Source of the DNA: Felis catus
Taxonomy: Eukaryota
Length of the DNA stretch: 64,000 nucleotides
Reading direction: 5' to 3'
Assembly (NCBI RefSeq): GCF_018350175.1
Contig: NC_058383.1
Span: 19,904,001-19,968,000, forward strand
Below the pieces are notes generated by a model that was given only the letters and a program-made list of their open reading frames with translations, made no database searches and was not told the DNA's origin. A program made the position numbers and the translations under genes. Shown here piece by piece: positions 48,875 to 58,895 of this stretch (within the stretch, counting starts at the first letter, position 1; every line of letters starts with the position of its first letter).

Positions 48875-48984
48875 CCAAAATGGAGTAGATGGTGATGGCG
48901 GGCCATTCATTCCCTGAGTTTGGGAACTTGCGGGAAAGAGTAGGAGTGGGGGAAGGGGACAAGGGCAGAGCTTGGAACCTGTTG

Positions 48985-48986
<2 letters not shown>

Positions 48987-49028
<42 letters not shown>
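48987..49028. repeat. (TG)n microsatellite
   Basis: Directly visible. Confidence 0.97.
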
Positions 49029-49029
<1 letters not shown>

Positions 49030-49070
49030 ACTCAGGAGAAATGTCCCCCCCCTCCCCCGCCAGCCCCAAC

Positions 49071-49530
49071 AGTTGTAGCAGACACGTGGAAGGCACTGAG
49101 GCACATCGCCTCAACACGTCTGATTTCCGCACACAGAGATTGACACATTCCATACCCACATCCAGGGTCCTCGGTTAAGCTTGTGCCACTGTGTCTCTTT
49201 GCTTTGCTGCCTCAGCTCAGGGCAGCTGCGACCAGGTGGAGGGAAGTTGACATCACTGGGGAGACCCTCAACCAAAGGAGGACAAGAGGCAGAGGGCCAA
49301 TGGTTCGGCCTCCCCATTCCCATTCTCCGGTGGAACAGTTCCCAGGGGTGTTCTACAGGGACCTCAGAGCGTCCCCAGGGAGACTGAGCACCAACTGCCC
49401 ATGGCAGTCACCTGCTCTGAGCAGACACTTCACTCAGCGGTCCTCCTCACCCTCCCCGCCTTCACTCCTGCTTTCTCAAATATACCTCCTAACGTCTTGC
49501 ATGTGAGTCCTTTGGGGGGACCCAGGTCAG
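49071..49530 (+). mobile_element. LTR33-like ERVL LTR, degenerate
   Basis: CAACCAAAGGAGGACAAGAGGC...TTCTCCGGTGGAACAGTTC...CACTCCTGCTTTC...GGGGGACCCAG. Confidence 0.5.
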
Positions 49531-49994
49531 GAAGGATGACCTACAGGCTCCAAAGGGGACACATCAGGTCACTGGCTCTGATCAGGGCAGCAGCAGATTT
49601 CCCAGGAAGAATGGGAAGCACGAGGACAGAGAACAACACCCTAACGCTTGAAGGGCAGGCAGAGGGACAAGAGGGGGTTTCCTTGAAAACACACAGAGGA
49701 ACAAGTTACTTAAAGGCAAACACCAATGGCCAACTCCTTAGGAGAAAACCCTCATCAGCCTTCTCTTCTTCCTTCTTTCTGGCCCCTTATCCCCTATGGG
49801 CTGTGAGGTCATAGCAGTTTTCGCATCCCTGGCACAGTCTCCTCTGGGGTATTTTCTTCTCAGACCCTATTGGTTTGCAGCTCATTGAGACTGTAGTGAG
49901 CACAGTATGTGTGGTGTGAAATCCACCTGCAAGGCCACCCCGACCAGTGAGTGTCCCCGACTGATGTCCAGTCCAAGTGACCTCTCCTTCGTGT

Positions 49995-50400
49995 CAGTTT
50001 CTATCTTAATCAGTTCTCGCCACAACAGTGCTGCGTAACAAACATCCCTGAAACCTGGCAACGTATAAAAACCAGCATTTGTTTCTTGCCCCTGTATCTG
50101 CAGGTTCGTGGGGGCAGCTCTTTTCCACGCATTTCAGGCCGTGATGGCAATGGCTAACTGAGACCTGTTCTTCCTGGGAAAGGGCTGGCTACTCCCAGAG
50201 GGTGAGCAGAAATGTGCAGTGTTTCTGAAGGCCCTGACTCTGAGTTCACAAAGCGTTGCTTCCACTCATACCTTATTGGACAAAGCAGGGCACACGCCAA
50301 GCCCCTGCTGTCAGAGTGTGAGGAAGCACATTCTTCTCATGAGGAGTGTGCATGCATGCGGGTAAACACGTATTTGCTGAACATTAACCTAACGGGCCAC
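49995..50400 (-). mobile_element. MLT1H-like LTR
   Basis: CCACAACAGTGCTGCGTAACAAACATCCC...TATTGGACAAAGCAGGGCAC. Confidence 0.7.
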
Positions 50401-50564
50401 AGGCCTGCAATGCACACGATCTAGCCTTCCTTGTGGAGTCCACGACTTTCTACTCTCCATGCACGTCAGTTGCACACATGCTCTGTCTCAACCACACTGT
50501 GAGTGTCTTCGGGGCACAATCCATATGTAACCACCCTCAGAACCTCCCCACCAATCAATGTAGA

Positions 50565-50760
50565 AAAGGATATGGCACACGATAATATGTGGTCAGAGTC
50601 CGGGAATACTTGGAAGGTAGGGCAAATGAGATTTGCTGATAGATTGGATATGCATCGTATAAGAGAATATGGGAGACGATGATGTTGTCTTTGACCCAAG
50701 CAATTGAGAAAATTGAGTTGTCCTATATAAGGATGGGGGAAATTGTGGGAGGGATGGATG
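50565..50760 (-). mobile_element. L2 fragment
   Basis: GGAAGGTAGGGCAAATGAGATTTGCTGATAGATTGGATATG. Confidence 0.7.
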
Positions 50761-51219
50761 CTGAGAAAATTGAAGGTCATTAATATCTATTTCATTGCTT
50801 CCAGAAGTGTGGGATGCTCAGTATTTATGGGTGGCAGAGGAGATGATACACAGACCCAACGCCAGTTAACGGTGAATCAAAGAGTTAGAAAGCTATTTAT
50901 CTTTCAATTCTTTATTGACTCTTTTGATTAGTTAAAAAACAGTCGGAGTTTGGTGCTAGCACGTCTTTAAGCGCATGCTGATCTCCCTTTTTAGAAAAGA
51001 GAGATTATGCCGCAGGCTTAGAGACTTGGGCCATTTATAATATCTAGCTAGATTTAATAACAGCATTGTCTTTGCACTGAATTTCTTTTTCTGGATAAGT
51101 TCTCTCTACAGCTCGTGGTGCGGGTTCATCTACAGTCTAGGTATACATTTCCTTTAAAAATGAATTCATGCATGATAAAAAGGGAATCAATTTACAAGAA
51201 ATGTTTAGGTGAGTTTATT

Positions 51220-52290
51220 CCTCCATTTATTTGAGAAATATTTATCTAGTGTTGACTATTTACTGGACACTGTTTTGGGTGCTGAGGATACAGCAGTGAA
51301 TTAAAACAGACCCAGGAACAGACCTTCACGGAGCTGGGAGTCTAGGCGGGAAGGCAGAAAACAGACAAAGTAAAGAGGTAAAGTAGGAAATATTTGGGGT
51401 GGTGACGAGTCCTACAGAATAAATAAAGCAGAGAAGGCAGATTGGAAGTGGGGCAGGGGTGAGGGTGCACTTTAAATAGGGTGGGCGGGGAAAGCCTCAT
51501 GGAGAAGGTGGCCTTTGCAGAAAGGCCCAAGAGGGCCAGTCACACCAGCGTCTGAGAAAGAGCACCCCCAGCAGAGGGGACAGCAAGGACAGAGCTCTGA
51601 GGCCGTGGCACGGCTGGCCTGGCCAAAGAGGAGCACGGAGTCCAGTGTATTTGTGGAGTGGAGAGCGCAAGGGGAAGGGTAGAGAACAACAGATCAGAGA
51701 GGCATTGAGGGGGCGGGAGCATGCAGGGTCCCGGGGGACACTGTTGGGGGTTCAGCTTTTACTCTGAGTGGGATGGGGAGCCATCGAAGGACTTCCAGCA
51801 GGGGAGTCGCTTGATCCGAAAGAGTTAACAGCGTCCCTGTGGTCATCGTGTTGGGAACAGACCCAAGGGAGCAGGGACAGTTACAGGGAGGCCCGAGTTG
51901 GTGGGGCTGTTGCCGAATCCCAGTGACAGAAGATGCCGACTTGGGTGGACGACAAGATGTGGGTGGACTCTGGGCGTATTTTGAAGGTCGAGGGAGCAGA
52001 ATCTGCTGACCCGTTAGGTATGTGCTACGCAAGAGAATGAGACGAGGTGGCGATGCTGTTCTGGACCTGAGCGGTTGAGAAACTTGAGTTGAACTGGGGG
52101 AGTTTGGGAGGACATCAGGAGGTCCACTCGGGCGCGTTGGTTTTGCGACGCCTGTTGGACGTCCAAATGGAGACATTAAGTAGACTCTCGGCTACTTGAG
52201 GTTGGAATTCATGGGAGGGTCCTAACCAGGGCTTATGCATGGGGATCGTCAGCACATAGGTGGTCTAGACGCATGGACACGAGACAGAGG
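51220..52290 (-). mobile_element. L2 LINE, ~1 kb
   Basis: GGGTGCTGAGGATACAGCAGTGAA...GCTTTTACTCTGAGTGGGATGGGGAGCCAT...GGACGTCCAAATGGAGAC. Confidence 0.9.
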
Positions 52291-52925
52291 AGGGCAGAGA
52301 ACTCACGTGCCCCCTTCTTGCCGGCCCACAGCTAAGCCCTGTGCTGGCAGCTGTTTGCTCTGCCGAAGTCTGGGCCCCAGGTGTCATGGGTGCAGATGGC
52401 ACAAGGCTATTTTCCTCACGAGTCTTGGAAAAGACCTCAGTTTCCTGCAGCCCCGGAAGGGCCAAAGAAAATTTGCTGTGAGAAGCTGTCAGTTTGGCAT
52501 AATTGCCCTGCATACCAAGCTTTACACGTTAAGCTTCTCAAATTGATCTGTCCTGTCATTTTGACTTCCTAAACCTTCCCTTCTTCTTTACACGGTTAGT
52601 ATTTCCACCTGGAAGCAGTCGTCTGAAGCCTGAACCGTATGTGTCAAAACATCCTGTTAGGGTTTTCTGAGGTTTCTGATGTTGGGCAATTCAGGGCATT
52701 TGGTTTCCACATCAGAGGAGGGAAAATTTCTTCCTGTCATTATGGTATCACTGCGGACCGGGTCGTGGCTGCTTCGGGTCTCGGGGCCAAAAACAGATGC
52801 CTAGGATGTGTAATGGTTTTTTGCTACAGGATGTGAAACTGGCTCAGCCTGAAATTGTGAGGACAATTTAAAGTAATAATGGGAACTACCATCGGATGAA
52901 CACTTGTATTTTCCAGGCTCTGTTT

Positions 52926-53917
52926 TGTAGCGGATGGTGTTGGTGCCTCGCCAAGAACCTTTCACCGTACAGCCCCCCTCCAGCTGCTGTGGGTGCCGGC
53001 TGCTGACAGCTCACAGCTGCCCCCTTGGCTGAATGGGAGCCACTCTACTTGGCTGAGTAGGAGAAGCTTCACCTGGGTGAACGGGAGCCATCTCACCTGG
53101 TTGAATGGGAGCCACTCCACCTGGCTGAGTGGGAGAATCTTCACCTGGATGAATGGGAGCCATCTCACCTAGAAGAAGGGGAGAAACTCCACCTGGATGG
53201 ATGGGAGAATCTTCACCTGGATGAATGGGAGCCATCTCACCTAGAAGAAGGGGAGAAACTCCACCTGGATGGATGGGAGAATCTTCACCTGGATGAATGG
53301 GAGCCATCTCACCTAGAAGAAGGGGAGAAACTCCACCTGGATGAATGGGAGAATCTTCACCTGGATGAATGGGAGCCATCTCACCTAGAAGAAGGGGAGA
53401 AACTCCACCTGGATGAATGGGAGAAACTCCACCTGGCTGAGTGGGAGAATCTTCACCTGGATGAATGGAAGCCATCTCACCTAGAAGAAGGGGAGAAACT
53501 CTACCTGGATGAATGGGAGAAACTCCACCTGGCTGAGTGGGAGAATCTTCACCTGGATGAATGGAAGCCATCTCACCTAGAAGAAGGGGAGAAACTCCAC
53601 CTGGATGAATGGGAGAAACTCCGCCTGGCCAAACAGAAGCCACCTCATCTGGCTAAATCAGAGCATCTCACCTGCTCCTTGAGCAGCCACTGACTGACTG
53701 ACCCAGGCTGGCCCTCCTTCCTCAATCTGGGATGAGCTCTGTGGCTCATGTTGTGCTCCAGAGCTCCCTGTGGGATCAGCCCAGAGGCAGTCTTGGGTTG
53801 AGACCATGTGCTTGCTTTTCTTTCCACCCTCGTTCTATTCTGCCCTTCCCTCTCTCCCCTTCTCTGGACAGCTGTCCGCATCTCAGGCTCTACTTCTGGG
53901 GAATTCAGCCTAAGACA
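52926..53917 (+). mobile_element. LTR16C-like ERVL solo LTR hosting a minisatellite
   Basis: 5' CCAGCTGCTGTGGGTGCCGGCTGCTGACAGCTCACAGCTGCCCCCTT; 3' CATCTCAGGCTCTACTTCTGGGGAATTCAGCCTAAGACA. Confidence 0.8.
53027..53673. repeat. 24-bp minisatellite, 27 units, with 72/96-bp higher-order repeats
   Basis: Units such as GGATGAATGGGAGCCATCTCACCT and AGAAGAAGGGGAGAAACTCCACCT in exact 24-bp register. Confidence 0.97.
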
Positions 53918-53929
53918 AGTATCTGACAT

Positions 53930-54115
53930 ATTTTATATTATCAACAACCTCGGAACTTCTCAACAACACGCTGACAGAGAATTACGATTTCTTGTCTGCA
54001 GACGTGGACGTGAAGGCTCAGAGAGGTTAATAGGCAGCCAAGGGTCACGTAGCTGGACAGGTACAAGAGCCAGGCGTCAAATCCAACATTTGCTCAAAGC
54101 TCATGCTCTTAACAG
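53930..54115 (-). mobile_element. MIR SINE
   Basis: AGGCTCAGAGAGGTTAA...GGGTCACGTAGCT...AAAGCTCATGCTCTTAAC. Confidence 0.75.
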
Positions 54116-54214
54116 TTATGGTCTAACACCTTTCCATAGGGTCAATGTCAGATATTTTGAACCTTAAATACTTGTTTCCTTCTTTTCTCTTCTTCGGGAG
54201 TCAAATGTGGGTTT

Positions 54215-54428
54215 ATTTTTTTTTTTTAATTTTTTGAACGTTTATTCATTTTTGAGAGACAGAGCATGAGTGGAGGAGGAACAGAGAGAGAGAGACAGAC
54301 AGAATCTGAAGCAGCCTCCAGGCTCTGAGCCCTCAGCACAGAGCCCGACGTGGGGCTCGAACTCACAGACTGTGAGATCATGACCTGAGCTGAAGTCGGA
54401 TGCCCAACCGACTGAGCCCCAGGCGCCC
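54215..54428 (-). mobile_element. Can-SINE with 14-bp TSD
   Basis: TSD TCAAATGTGGGTTT at 54201-54214 and 54429-54442. Confidence 0.97.
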
Positions 54429-55125
54429 TCAAATGTGGGTTTCTTTAAGCAGTGTCGCCTGGAGGGCCAGGAACCAGCTGTCTGTGGTGACGGTGGGCGA
54501 GGGGATAATAGCCGGGCCCTTGGGAAGGCAGAGAAAGGTGACCGAGCAACGAAGGCAGCTAGGTGGCATTTACTCATTTACTCTGGCTTTGGAATATAGT
54601 CAGAGCTTCCCAGCTGTTTGTAAGTCACTCAATACTTACCACCTTTCCAAGACGTGGCTACGGGTAAGGGCTTGATCAGCTGCAAATTGCTGCTGAAAGA
54701 AAGAAATTATCTGTTAGCTTTTCTGGGCGAGGAGAGGGTCCGGGTTCTCTAGCGTAATCCCCACAGGGTACACCGAGTGCTTCTGCTGCCTGGTCGGTCA
54801 GCCTGGGTTTCAAAATGGAATGCAGCACTAAACCTGTCAAGGTGAGATCCGACAAGTTTGAAAGTAAGGCAAACAGTTAGGCTCAAAACATTCCTGACTC
54901 GCCTGGTGGGCGTAAGAGGGTTGGAGAAAGCATGATTTGTGCGTAAGAGGATTTAAGATTTTTTTCTATGGAGCACCAAGTCAGTGTCAGGCAATGATGA
55001 TGATGCCATTGTGCTCCTAAGAATGTAACCATGATTCTCACTTGCCTTCGGAGAAATAGAGAACGCACGGGCTCATTCTACTCTACGTTGGTGAGATTGC
55101 AGTTGGAGAATAAAACGATAATGAC

Positions 55126-55334
55126 GGGGTGCCTGGGTGGCGCAGTCGGTTGAGCGTCTGACTTCAGCTCAGGTCACAATCTCACGGACCGTGAGTTCGA
55201 GCCCCGCGTCGGGCTCTGGGCTGATGGCTCAGAGCCTGGAGCCTGCTTCCGATTCTGTGTCTCCCTCTCTCTCTGCCCCTCCCCCGTTCATGCTCTGTCT
55301 CTCTCTGTCCCAAAAATAAATAAACGTTGAAAAA
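55126..55334 (+). mobile_element. Young felid Can-SINE with TSD
   Basis: TSD AAAACGATAATGAC (55112-55125) / AAAATGATAATGAC (55335-55348). Confidence 0.97.
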
Positions 55335-55485
55335 AAAATGATAATGACGAGAGCTTCTGTGGTTTTTTATGGAGATCGAGCCGACACCCATTATATTGGT
55401 TTCGGGTGCCCCACGTAATGGTTTGATATTTGTGTACATCGCAAAGTAGTCACCACAAAAAATCTAATTAACACATAGTCACAGA

Positions 55486-55643
55486 TTTTTTTTTTTTTAA
55501 TTTTAGAGAGAAAGAGCAGGGGAGAGGGGCAGAGGGAAAGAAAGAGAGAGGATCCTGGCACAGGGCTCGATCTCACAACCCTGGGATCATGACCTGAGCT
55601 GCAATCATTGGACGCTCAGCCGACTGAGTCACTGAGGCGCCCC
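55486..55643 (-). mobile_element. Older Can-SINE
   Basis: GGGCTCGATCTCACAACCCTGGGATCATGACCTGAGC. Confidence 0.92.
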
Positions 55644-55700
55644 CAGAATTTTTTTTCTCGTGATGAGAACTTTTAAGATCTACTCTCTTAGCAACTTTCA

Positions 55701-55914
55701 TTTTTTAAAATATTTATTTATTTTTGAGAGACAGAGTGAGACAAAGTGAGACTTGGGGGAGGGGCAGAGAGAGAGGGAGACACAGGATTGGAAACAGGCT
55801 CCAGGCTCTGAGCTGTCAGCACAGAGCCTGACGCGGGGCTCGAACCCACAGACTGTGAGATCATGACCTGAGCCGAAGTCGGACGCTCAACCGACTGAGC
55901 CACCCAGGCGCCCC
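55701..55914 (-). mobile_element. Can-SINE with perfect 15-bp TSD
   Basis: TSD TCTTAGCAACTTTCA at 55686-55700 and 55915-55929. Confidence 0.98.
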
Positions 55915-56100
55915 TCTTAGCAACTTTCAAACATGCAATCCAGTAGATTAACAGGAATCACTGTGCTGTACATTACATCCCAGGACTTATTTATTTTATA
56001 ACTGGAAGTTGGTACCTTTTGACCCCCATCACTCATTTTGCTCACCCCCTGCCTCTGGCAACCATCCATCCATCAATCTGTTTGTTTCTGCGACTATGAG

Positions 56101-56112
56101 CTTTTTTCTTTT

Positions 56113-56188
<76 letters not shown>

Positions 56189-56190
56189 TT

Positions 56191-56270
<80 letters not shown>

Positions 56271-56272
56271 TC
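56101..56272. repeat. (TTTC)n tetranucleotide STR, interrupted
   Basis: Directly visible; two blocks. Confidence 0.98.
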
Positions 56273-56629
56273 AAGATTCTACCTATAATTGAGACCCTAC
56301 GGTATTTGTTTTTCTCTGCCTGACTTATTTCACTTAGCATAATGCCCTCAAGGTCCATCCATGCTGTGGCAAATGGAAAGGTTTCATTTTTTTTATGGCC
56401 AAATAATACTCCATTGTATAAAGATACTGCCTTTTCTTTATTCTTTTTATCTGTTGGTGAACGGGGCTGCTGCATACAGATGAGAAGCACCATTTTCAAA
56501 GCACTGCCCCAGGGAGGCACCCATACCTTCTGGCCCAACCAGAAGGTTTCCACCTCTCTGCCACTTTCTTTTAAAAACATATGTTTATTTTTAAAGCATC
56601 AAATAAATATTTTTGATATAAAACTTTAG

Positions 56630-56743
56630 TTTTTTTGAAGTAGGTTTCATGCAATGCGGGGCTTGAACTCACAACCCTGAGATTAAGACCTGAGCTGAGA
56701 TCGAGAGTCCGATGTCCGACCGACTGAGCCACCCAGGTGCCCC
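56630..56743 (-). mobile_element. Short, old Can-SINE
   Basis: GGGGCTTGAACTCACAACCCTGAGATTAAGACCTGAGC...CCCAGGTGCCCC; TATAAAAC on both sides. Confidence 0.92.
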
Positions 56744-58253
56744 TCGTATAAAACATTCTAACAATTCATTAAAGCAACACATTGATGAATCTCCTGACCC
56801 TCATGTTGATGGGGAATGGCATTTAATATTTTATAATGTTGTGCATTTTTCTATGAGTACGCCTATATTTAATGTAGATTTTAGGTGTACAATTTTAAAT
56901 GTGAACACTCTCTTTTGATCTGTAATATGCTGTTTTCATTCAACGTTTTCTCATGTCAAATAAATGTGCTTTATCCTTTTTTTCTTTCTTTTTTTTTTTT
57001 TTTTTTTTTTTTTGCTAATGATGAATATCTTTTTCTACTTAGGATATACACACTTTGAGTTTCCCATGCAAGATAGGTTTTTATCTCTTGGAAAATATTC
57101 GGGTTTTGGAAACAGCGAAGAGTGATTTGGCACCAGATTTAGCATGATTCTTGTAAAAAACAACTTACTCGGCACTGAATGTTCCAGAACCCTTGTCGGC
57201 TTCTCTGGTTACGGAGGGGTTCATCAGGCTCCTCAAGAGTGTAATGTGCGTTGCTTGCGGCGCCCATAAGAGAGGGGTTAAAGTCCTGCCCTGGGGTGGC
57301 TGGGGAGGAGCTGGAGAAGGCTTTGTAGAGGACATTTGATCTGAGCTCTAAGTAAATAGAAGTTGTCCGGGTGACAAACAAAAAGAAGGACGTTTCAAAC
57401 GTAAGCACTAGAGCTCACAGAGGCAGAGGGGGATGAGAGAGTGAGTCCTGCCTCAGAACTGGCAAATCGTAGCTCGGGTCTGAAACAGAGGAGATTCTGC
57501 CGGTGAAGGAGGGAGGGTCCAGGCAGCCAGGACCAATTGCACAGCCCATGCTGAGAGTCTGAACTCGGAGGGAGGAAGAGGGTGGAGTGTTAATTGAGGT
57601 CATGGGCCTTGGAGTCAGGCGGGACTCCCATCCATTGTCACCCTACCATTGTGACGCCTTCACAGCAGTGCCCTTGGACCTGGCAGAGAGGACGGCAGAG
57701 GGTCCGCTGTGGCTCTCCTCTGGCTGCATGGGGTGAGGAGTCAGTGGGGTCCAGGGGACATGCCTGCCCAGAACCCAGGCTCCCTTATTCTAGACCATGC
57801 CACCTGAGATGCCCATGCAAGCCTCCCCTAACCTACCCGGAGAGCCTGCATGAACCTCTTTGCCAAGGCCACCCCCCACCCCCACCCCGAGGATGCACCA
57901 TGCTTCTGGTGTGCACATTCCCACTGCTGGGCAGAGCCCAAGGTGCTGTGGTTCTGGGGTGATACGGATGATGTGCAAGCTGGAGTATTCACACACGTGC
58001 ATGACGGAAGCCCCTTGACGTATGGGATGCAGCCAGGGTAGAGAGAGAAGGGGTGTGGGTTTTGGGCTCAAGGCTTCCTCTTGCCTGGGGCCCTGTAAAT
58101 GTCAAGGGAAGGTCTGTTATTCAAGTTACCTGCTTCTCAGTTTCCCTCTCCTCCGAGTGGAAACGAGATGTCATAGGGATTTGTGGGGACTAGACCGGAC
58201 ATCAGATGTCAAGTGCACAGCAGTACGCCCACCCAGCAGAAGTGCTCAACAGA

Positions 58254-58457
58254 GGGGCGCCTGGGCGGCTCAGTCAGTTAGGTGTCCGACTTCGGCTCAG
58301 GTCATGGTCTCACGGTTTGTGACTTCGAACCCCACGTTGGGCTCACTGCCGTCAGACTGTCAGTGCAAAGCCTGCTTCGGATGGATCCTCTGTCCGCTTC
58401 TCTGCGCCCCTCCCCAACTTGCGCTCCCCCCAAAATAAGAAAAAATGTTAAAGAAAA
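58254..58457 (+). mobile_element. Can-SINE inserted at the end of a MIR
   Basis: GGGGCGCCTGGGCGGCTCAGTCAG...; degenerate TSD AGAAGTG(C/G)TC. Confidence 0.94.
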
Positions 58458-58738
58458 AGAAGTGGTCGGTAGAGGCTCGCGGTAGGGAACAGGGTGCTCA
58501 CGGAGGCTTGGCAGCTGGGGTGCCATGTTGGATGTGCAGACTCAGTAGGGAGATGGACGGAGGAGGGGGAACTAAAGACAGCAAGACCACTTAGCAACCT
58601 ACCTGGTGGCACTACAGAGAGTTGATGGGGATCTGGCATCGTCTTGCCAATGGGGCTGAGGAGAACTGACGCACGTTCAGGCCACTGGCAGTCCCTGGAG
58701 TCGGGAACATGCAGTGCCTTTCAGAAGCAGCATTAAAA

Positions 58739-58895
58739 CCAGCCCTTCTCCCGTCTGACGCCCTGACTACCAGCACCACAGTGACCTGCGTGGTTTTGCT
58801 GAAATGCAGATCCCCAGGCACCAGCTGAGGCGTAACCAGTCAGGATCTCTGGGGGTTGAGTGCTCCTAAAGCATCTAAAGTTTGTGAATCACCCA
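58739..58895. mobile_element. MER5A-like DNA transposon
   Basis: ACCAGCACCACAGTGACCTG...GAAATGCAGATCCCCAGGC...TCAGGATCTCTGGGGG. Confidence 0.7.

Larger units (their letters stand above)
55360..56450 (-). mobile_element. L1 (L1MA9-like) 3' UTR interrupted by two SINEs and (TTTC)n
   Basis: GATGAGAACTTTTAAGATCTACTCTCTTAGCAACTTTCAA; TGACTTATTTCACTTAGCATAATGCCCTCAAGGTCCATCCATG. Confidence 0.9.

Noticed and set aside
53011..53643. 210-aa ORF with 8-aa repeats, or a CRISPR-like array
   Set aside because: A 24-bp minisatellite inside an LTR, with no unique spacers, no cas genes and a mammalian context.
56029..56580. 183-aa K/E/R-rich ORF
   Set aside because: (GAAA)n STR plus L1 3' sequence.
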